Source: Candidatus Poribacteria bacterium (GTDB lineage: Bacteria > Poribacteria > WGA-4E > WGA-3G). From it: a DNA stretch of 64,000 nucleotides. Shown piece by piece: positions 60,662 to 64,000 of this stretch (within the stretch, counting starts at the first letter, position 1; each line of letters opens with the position of its first letter). The stretch is taken from the NCBI GenBank assembly GCA_963665235.2, contig CAXXLX010000002.1, positions 192,001 through 256,000 of the forward strand, given 5' to 3'. Both the position numbers and the translations under genes were made by a program. The notes below the pieces were generated by a model. The model did not search any database, was not told where the DNA came from, and saw only the letters and a list, made by a program, of their open reading frames with translations.

Positions 60662-62218
60662 GCTAATTGCCATTCGCCATTTGCCATTCGCCATTTCGCA
60701 TTCCCTTCAAACGGGAAAGCACATGTGTCATTGGCTATTAGCTGTTAGCAATTAGCAGTTGGCAAGAGGTTTTGTTGTAACAATCTACCCGTTCCTATCA
60801 TTCCAAGCCAAAGTATCGCGAACTTGGACAGCACACGACTGTTTGCCAGGAGCTTCCTCTTGCTATTCGCCATTTGCCATTTGCCATTTCCCATTCCGTT
60901 CAAACGGGAAAGGACATGTGGTATTGGCAGTTGGCAGTTAGCAATTGGCTATTGGCAAGAGGGGGTGTTGTCACAATCTAACCGTTGTTAGCATTCCAAC
61001 TATAATCGAACCGATACGGAATGTTCGGGACGCAATGTCACAATCTAACCGTTGTTAGCATTCCAAGCCAAAGTAACGCGAACTTTTACAACACACGCCT
61101 GTTTGCTAGGCGCGTTCTCTTGCTATTTGCTAATCGCCATTTGCCATTCGCCATTTCGCATTCCGTTCAAACGGGAAAGGACATGTGGTATTGGCAGTTG
61201 GCAGTTTAGCAATTGGCAAGTTGGCAAGAGGACTCTGACACCTGTCAAAAACTTGCTTAGAAACACAACATCTTGCTATTCACATCTTGGCTATTTCCTA
61301 AAGTGGCTGTTGGAAACTGTTCGCTATTCGCAACCGTGGGCAAGAGGTCTCTGACGCACGTCAAAAACCTGCTTAGAAACACAACATCTTGCTAATCGCC
61401 ATTTGCCATTCGCCATTCGCCATTTCGCATTCCCTTCAAACGGGAAAGCACATGTGTCATTGGCTATTGGCTGTTGGCTATTGGCTGTTGGCAAGAAGGC
61501 TCTGGCGCAGGTCAAAAAATCGCTTAGCATCACAACATCTTGTTGTTGTTCGCCTCTTTGCTCTTTGCTAAAGTGACTGTTGGGAACCGTGGGCAAGAGG
61601 GCTCTGGCGCAGGTCAAAAACCTGCTTAGCATCACAACATCTTGCTAATCGCCATTTGCTAATCGCCATTCGCCATTTCGCATTCCCTTCAAACGGGAAA
61701 GCACATGTGTCATTGGCTATTGGCTGTTGGCTATTGGCTGTTGGCAAGAAGGCTCTGGCGCAGGTCAAAAAATCGCTTAGCATCACAACATCTTGTTGTT
61801 GTTCGCCTCTTTGCTCTTTGCTAAAGTGACTGTTGGGAACCGTGGGCAAGAGGGCTCTGGCGCAGGTCAAAAACCTGCTTAGCATCACAACATCTTGCTA
61901 ATCGCCATTTGCTAATCGCCATTCGCCATTTCGCATTCCCTTCAAACGGGAAAGCACATGTGTCATTGGCTATTGGCTGTTGGCTATTGGCTGTTGGCAA
62001 GAAGGCTCTGGCGCAGGTCAAAAAATCGCTTAGCATCACAACATCTTGTTGTTGTTCGCCTCTTTGCTCTTTGCTAAAGTGACTGTTGGGAACCGTGGGC
62101 AAGAGGGCTCTGGCGCAGGTCAAAAACCTGCTTAGCATCACAACATCTTGCTAATCGCCATTTGCTAATCGCCATTCGCCATTTCGCATTCCCTTCAAAC
62201 GGGAAAGCACATGTGCAC
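60662..62218. repeat. Long-period array of CRISPR-repeat cores embedded in heptamer elements
   Basis: Core ATTCC(C/G)TTCAAACGGGAAAG(C/G)ACATGTG at 60700, 60893, 61160, 61429, 61682, 61935, 62188; the last three intervals are exactly 253 bp. Confidence 0.9.
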
Positions 62219-64000
62219 GTATCATGGCCGGGGGCGAAAGAGGGGGGGAGAAATTTGTTTCAATTCCCTTCAAACGGGAAAGCACATGTGCACGCACTAC
62301 TCCTGGCACTGGTGGTTGCTGCTTCCTGTGTTTCAATTCCCTTCAAACGGGAAAGCACATGTGCACGAAAATGATTACTACTATTTTTTTCACGCTGTTA
62401 AGTTTCAATTCCCTTCAAACGGGAAAGCACATGTGCACGAAGTCATCATCCAGAACGATGTAATCGTCAGTGGTGAGTTTCAATTCCCTTCAAACGGGAA
62501 AGCACATGTGCACCTCAACTTGATTACAATGGTCGCACTGCTGGCAACGTTTCAATTCCCTTCAAACGGGAAAGCACATGTGCACCCTTCGTGAATCCGG
62601 ACTGAAGTTGATCAAGATGCTGGTTTCAATTCCCTTCAAACGGGAAAGCACATGTGCACGAATTACAGATACGGAAATTGCCAAGCGGATTTACAAGTTT
62701 CAATTCCCTTCAAACGGGAAAGCACATGTGCACGAAAGGATAAAGTAATGTTGAATTTAAAAGGAATAACAGTTTCAATTCCCTTCAAACGGGAAAGCAC
62801 ATGTGCACTTGAGATGGCAGAAAAAGGCCTAAAGGATGACATGAGTTTCAATTCCCTTCAAACGGGAAAGCACATGTGCACAAAGCTCAAAAGCAGCTTG
62901 AAAAAGAGCTTGAGGCCCTGGTTTCAATTCCCTTCAAACGGGAAAGCACATGTGCACGCTTGAAAAAGAGCTTGAGGCCCTGATGGCTGAAGAAGGTTTC
63001 AATTCCCTTCAAACGGGAAAGCACATGTGCACGAAGCAACCGTTCTGATCTCAAGAACCAGTACAAAGGTTTCAATTCCCTTCAAACGGGAAAGCACATG
63101 TGCACCGGGATGTGGATACATTTTACGATGTGTTATTAAATAGTGTTTCAATTCCCTTCAAACGGGAAAGCACATGTGCACTCGAGAAAAACGTCGTAAA
63201 GCTGCTTTAGAGGCCGAGTTTCAATTCCCTTCAAACGGGAAAGCACATGTGCACATTTCATAAACCAGGCATGGACCTTCACAGGCACAGCAGTTTCAAT
63301 TCCCTTCAAACGGGAAAGCACATGTGCACTGTTGAAAAAAGCTTTCACAATCGCAACATTAACTGGTTTCAATTCCCTTCAAACGGGAAAGCACATGTGC
63401 ACGAAAAATTGGGTTGTTTGTGTATTTTTGTTTTTTGGGCACGTTTCAATTCCCTTCAAACGGGAAAGCACATGTGCACAAATAGATAAAACAAGGAGGC
63501 GAATTCTGCTTGTTATAGTTTCAATTCCCTTCAAACGGGAAAGCACATGTGCACGAAATTTAAAAATTTGGCTACTTTGGTATTGATTTGTTTCAATTCC
63601 CTTCAAACGGGAAAGCACATGTGCACCGCTTTTGTTTTCGTTTTTGTTTTCGCTTTCGTCAGTTTCAATTCCCTTCAAACGGGAAAGCACATGTGCACTT
63701 GTTTAAGTAGTTTAGAGGTTGGCAAGTCTCAACGGTTTCAATTCCCTTCAAACGGGAAAGCACATGTGCACAACGATGGTTCCCTTGCAAGGAATTATAA
63801 CCGCGAGTTTCAATTCCCTTCAAACGGGAAAGCACATGTGCACAAATCGCGGCACGATGGAGAACAGGTACAAAGATTTAAGTTTCAATTCCCTTCAAAC
63901 GGGAAAGCACATGTGCACAGCTGCTAGATGCCACTGAGGAATTGGCGGAGGCGGGTTTCAATTCCCTTCAAACGGGAAAGCACATGTGCACACTTTCCAA
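62188..64000 (-). CRISPR. CRISPR array, 37-bp repeat, 24 full repeats plus 1 truncated, 24 complete spacers (35-40 bp); continues beyond window
   Basis: Repeat GTTTCAATTCCCTTCAAACGGGAAAGCACATGTGCAC; its reverse complement ends ATTGAAAC with a TTCCC/GGGAA hairpin, implying minus-strand transcription and a leader to the right. Confidence 0.98.

Noticed and set aside
61324-63937. ORFs across the long-period repeats and the CRISPR array
   Set aside because: They are translations of repeats with no coding features
62219-63991. Self-targeting spacers within the window
   Set aside because: No match longer than about 10 bp was noticed by eye; a proper alignment was not possible

Overview
A 64-kb bacterial chromosomal window. 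The lineage is probably Candidatus Poribacteria or a relative; this is inferred from the many secreted proteins ending in the 'LLQNYPNPFNPETWIPYQL...YWDGRN..GE.VASGVYFYQL' FlgD-Ig/T9SS-like tail and was not checked. Left part: partial NucS-like nuclease, glpD, DegT-family aminotransferase, orphan DNA methyltransferase, a TetR/FG-GAP unit, wza-wzc, heptose genes (rfaE1/gmhB), a NYN protein and a repeat protein. Middle (20.7-41.1 kb): a tandem array of seven mosaic paralogous secreted repeat proteins. Two are frameshifted, three carry REP palindromes in frame, and a TnpB-only IS200/IS605 element sits between two of them. Right part: phosphodiesterase, a PolX lacking two catalytic Asp, ftsX/ftsE split by a second TnpB element (FtsE has lost its hydrolysis motifs), topA, accD, hydantoinase, a 2-hydroxyacid dehydrogenase, a tyrosine recombinase behind a 7-unit REP-containing array, thiG, Csx1 (CARF-HEPN), a four-helix-bundle gene and a CRISPR array (37-bp repeat, 25 repeats visible including one truncated, running off the window). 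The best novelty candidate is the array's trailer end: six further CRISPR-repeat hairpin cores at 193-269-bp spacing (three exact 253-bp periods), embedded in a heptamer-armed element dispersed across the window and next to the four-helix-bundle gene and csx1. A solo repeat also sits in a gene leader. Intergenic DNA is full of GTAG-REP hairpins, nested MITEs, tandem amplifications and short cassettes inserted into hairpins. All calls are from motif reading by eye; no database searches were run.
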